Shown in pieces: positions 62,975 through 64,000 of a DNA stretch of 64,000 bases. Location of the stretch: contig CM030336.1 in NCBI GenBank assembly GCA_017654855.1, positions 1,922,001-1,986,000 of the forward strand, read 5' to 3'. A program made the position numbers and the translations under genes. The stretch comes from Podospora anserina. Its lineage: Eukaryota. Positions within the stretch are counted from its first letter, which is position 1; every line of letters starts with the position of its first letter. The notes under the pieces are model-generated. The model was not told the DNA's origin and did no database searches. It was given only the letters and a program-made list of their open reading frames with translations.

Positions 62975-64000
62975 GATCGCGTTTTTTTCCGGCTATTTCG
63001 AGGTCGCTAAACTGCTAAAACAGCACTGATGAACCTCGAAAGCGAAATGTTATTGCAAACAGGAAGGATTAAAGATCTTTATATAAAAACGTGGTGTCAA
63101 TAAAAAGGCAAGCAACGTCGCAGCGGGCGAGTGGAATGTTGACCCTAACTTCAGATCCGGCAAGTCGGTCGTGGTTGATCGTACCTGGAACTTCTTAACA
63201 GCACTAGCAGGGATTGGTCGGATACAGCGCCGTCATCGACGGGTGGTTCCGCAAACTGACGTTGTTAAACGAAAGACCAAAGTTGAAGTGTGGGAGGGAG
63301 ATATATATCAAGTGAGTGACAGATAGGGTGACACAGCATTCCTTATACCTCAATATCGGACTGCGTGGTGTCGGGAGGCGGTCACGAAAGCCGCCGGTAG
63401 GAACGGGCTGATCGTCTCGTTCAACGACCCCGATGCAACACAGGCCACTCGACATGCCTCCATGCTCTTCAAATGGACCTCGGTTCGTATGTACGCCACT
63501 GGGCGAGAGCCAAGGAACTTCCCATTTAAACTGGGCTGGTGCTCGTGGTGCCTCGCGAGATCCGGATAGGCGGAAGCACACGTTGAGAGTGAGAATTGTC
63601 ACTCTTGGACCGCTGTCGTTCATGTGTGCCTCTGAGAAACAACGCCGTCCGGTTCCTATTGAACCTAGCATCCCAGGTGGTTGGGTAGTAAGTATACTTG
63701 TACCTAACCAAGTGACGTTCAGGGTCCAAGATTATGGGTTGACATTCAAACGGCGCGCAGTGCATGGAAGCGGCATCGAAGCTTTGACCATGTGGACCCA
63801 TCGCGTTGGCTCAAGAGCTCCGACTCCGTGTCGCGAATGACGAGGAGCGGCGGGTTTCAACGCTGGCCTCCCGCTGCCGTTGCCATGCCCGACACCCGCT
63901 TATCGTTATCTTCACGTGCGCACCTGAAAGTGTCTAACCAGACTGGGAAATTTGGCTTTAATTGCTGCAAGCATTGTGTCGCGCTGGCGCATTCGTGGTG

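Noticed and set aside
63136..63150. AATGTTGACCCTAAC as a possible telomerase RNA template
   Set aside because: Only 8 nt match the CCCTAA repeat, I could not identify a pseudoknot or other TER core, and it lies in the FAT1 promoter region. A covariance-model search would be needed.
63204..63840. Overlapping ORFs at the window end
   Set aside because: No family motifs or consistent splice structure in the frames I read

Overview
Eukaryotic, intron-containing DNA from a filamentous ascomycete. Branch points (CTAAC/CTGAC), RIP-type mutation and gene content point to Sordariales, possibly Podospora-like; the organism call is inference. The window holds about 22 mostly housekeeping or metabolic genes: DUF3445-like protein, MFS sugar transporter, SET protein, M20 amidohydrolase, Pcl6/7-type cyclin, proteasome beta1, Erv2, PDC-like enzyme, amidohydrolase-2 decarboxylase, mitochondrial bL36, NAT4, PLAC8, C2 protein, Nudix, CAMKL kinase, laccase, Ral2/Mds3-type kelch protein, 1-Cys peroxiredoxin, FAT1 and several hypotheticals. 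It also has one tRNA-Asn(GTT), a HET-domain pseudogene and a membrane-protein relic. The most structured accessory element is a RIP-degraded Fot1/pogo DNA transposon (50535-53203, 47-bp TIRs, TA duplication) carrying two independently inserted 398-bp solo LTRs, each with its own 5-bp TSD. Other notable items: an intact M20 ORF that has lost catalytic and metal-binding residues, two GC-AG introns, a 15-nt microexon encoding the proteasome catalytic Thr, an overlapping uORF on the kinase, and signal-peptide-like N-termini on normally intracellular enzymes. I found no convincing novel multi-gene system. All calls come from manual reading and motif recall, with no database searches.
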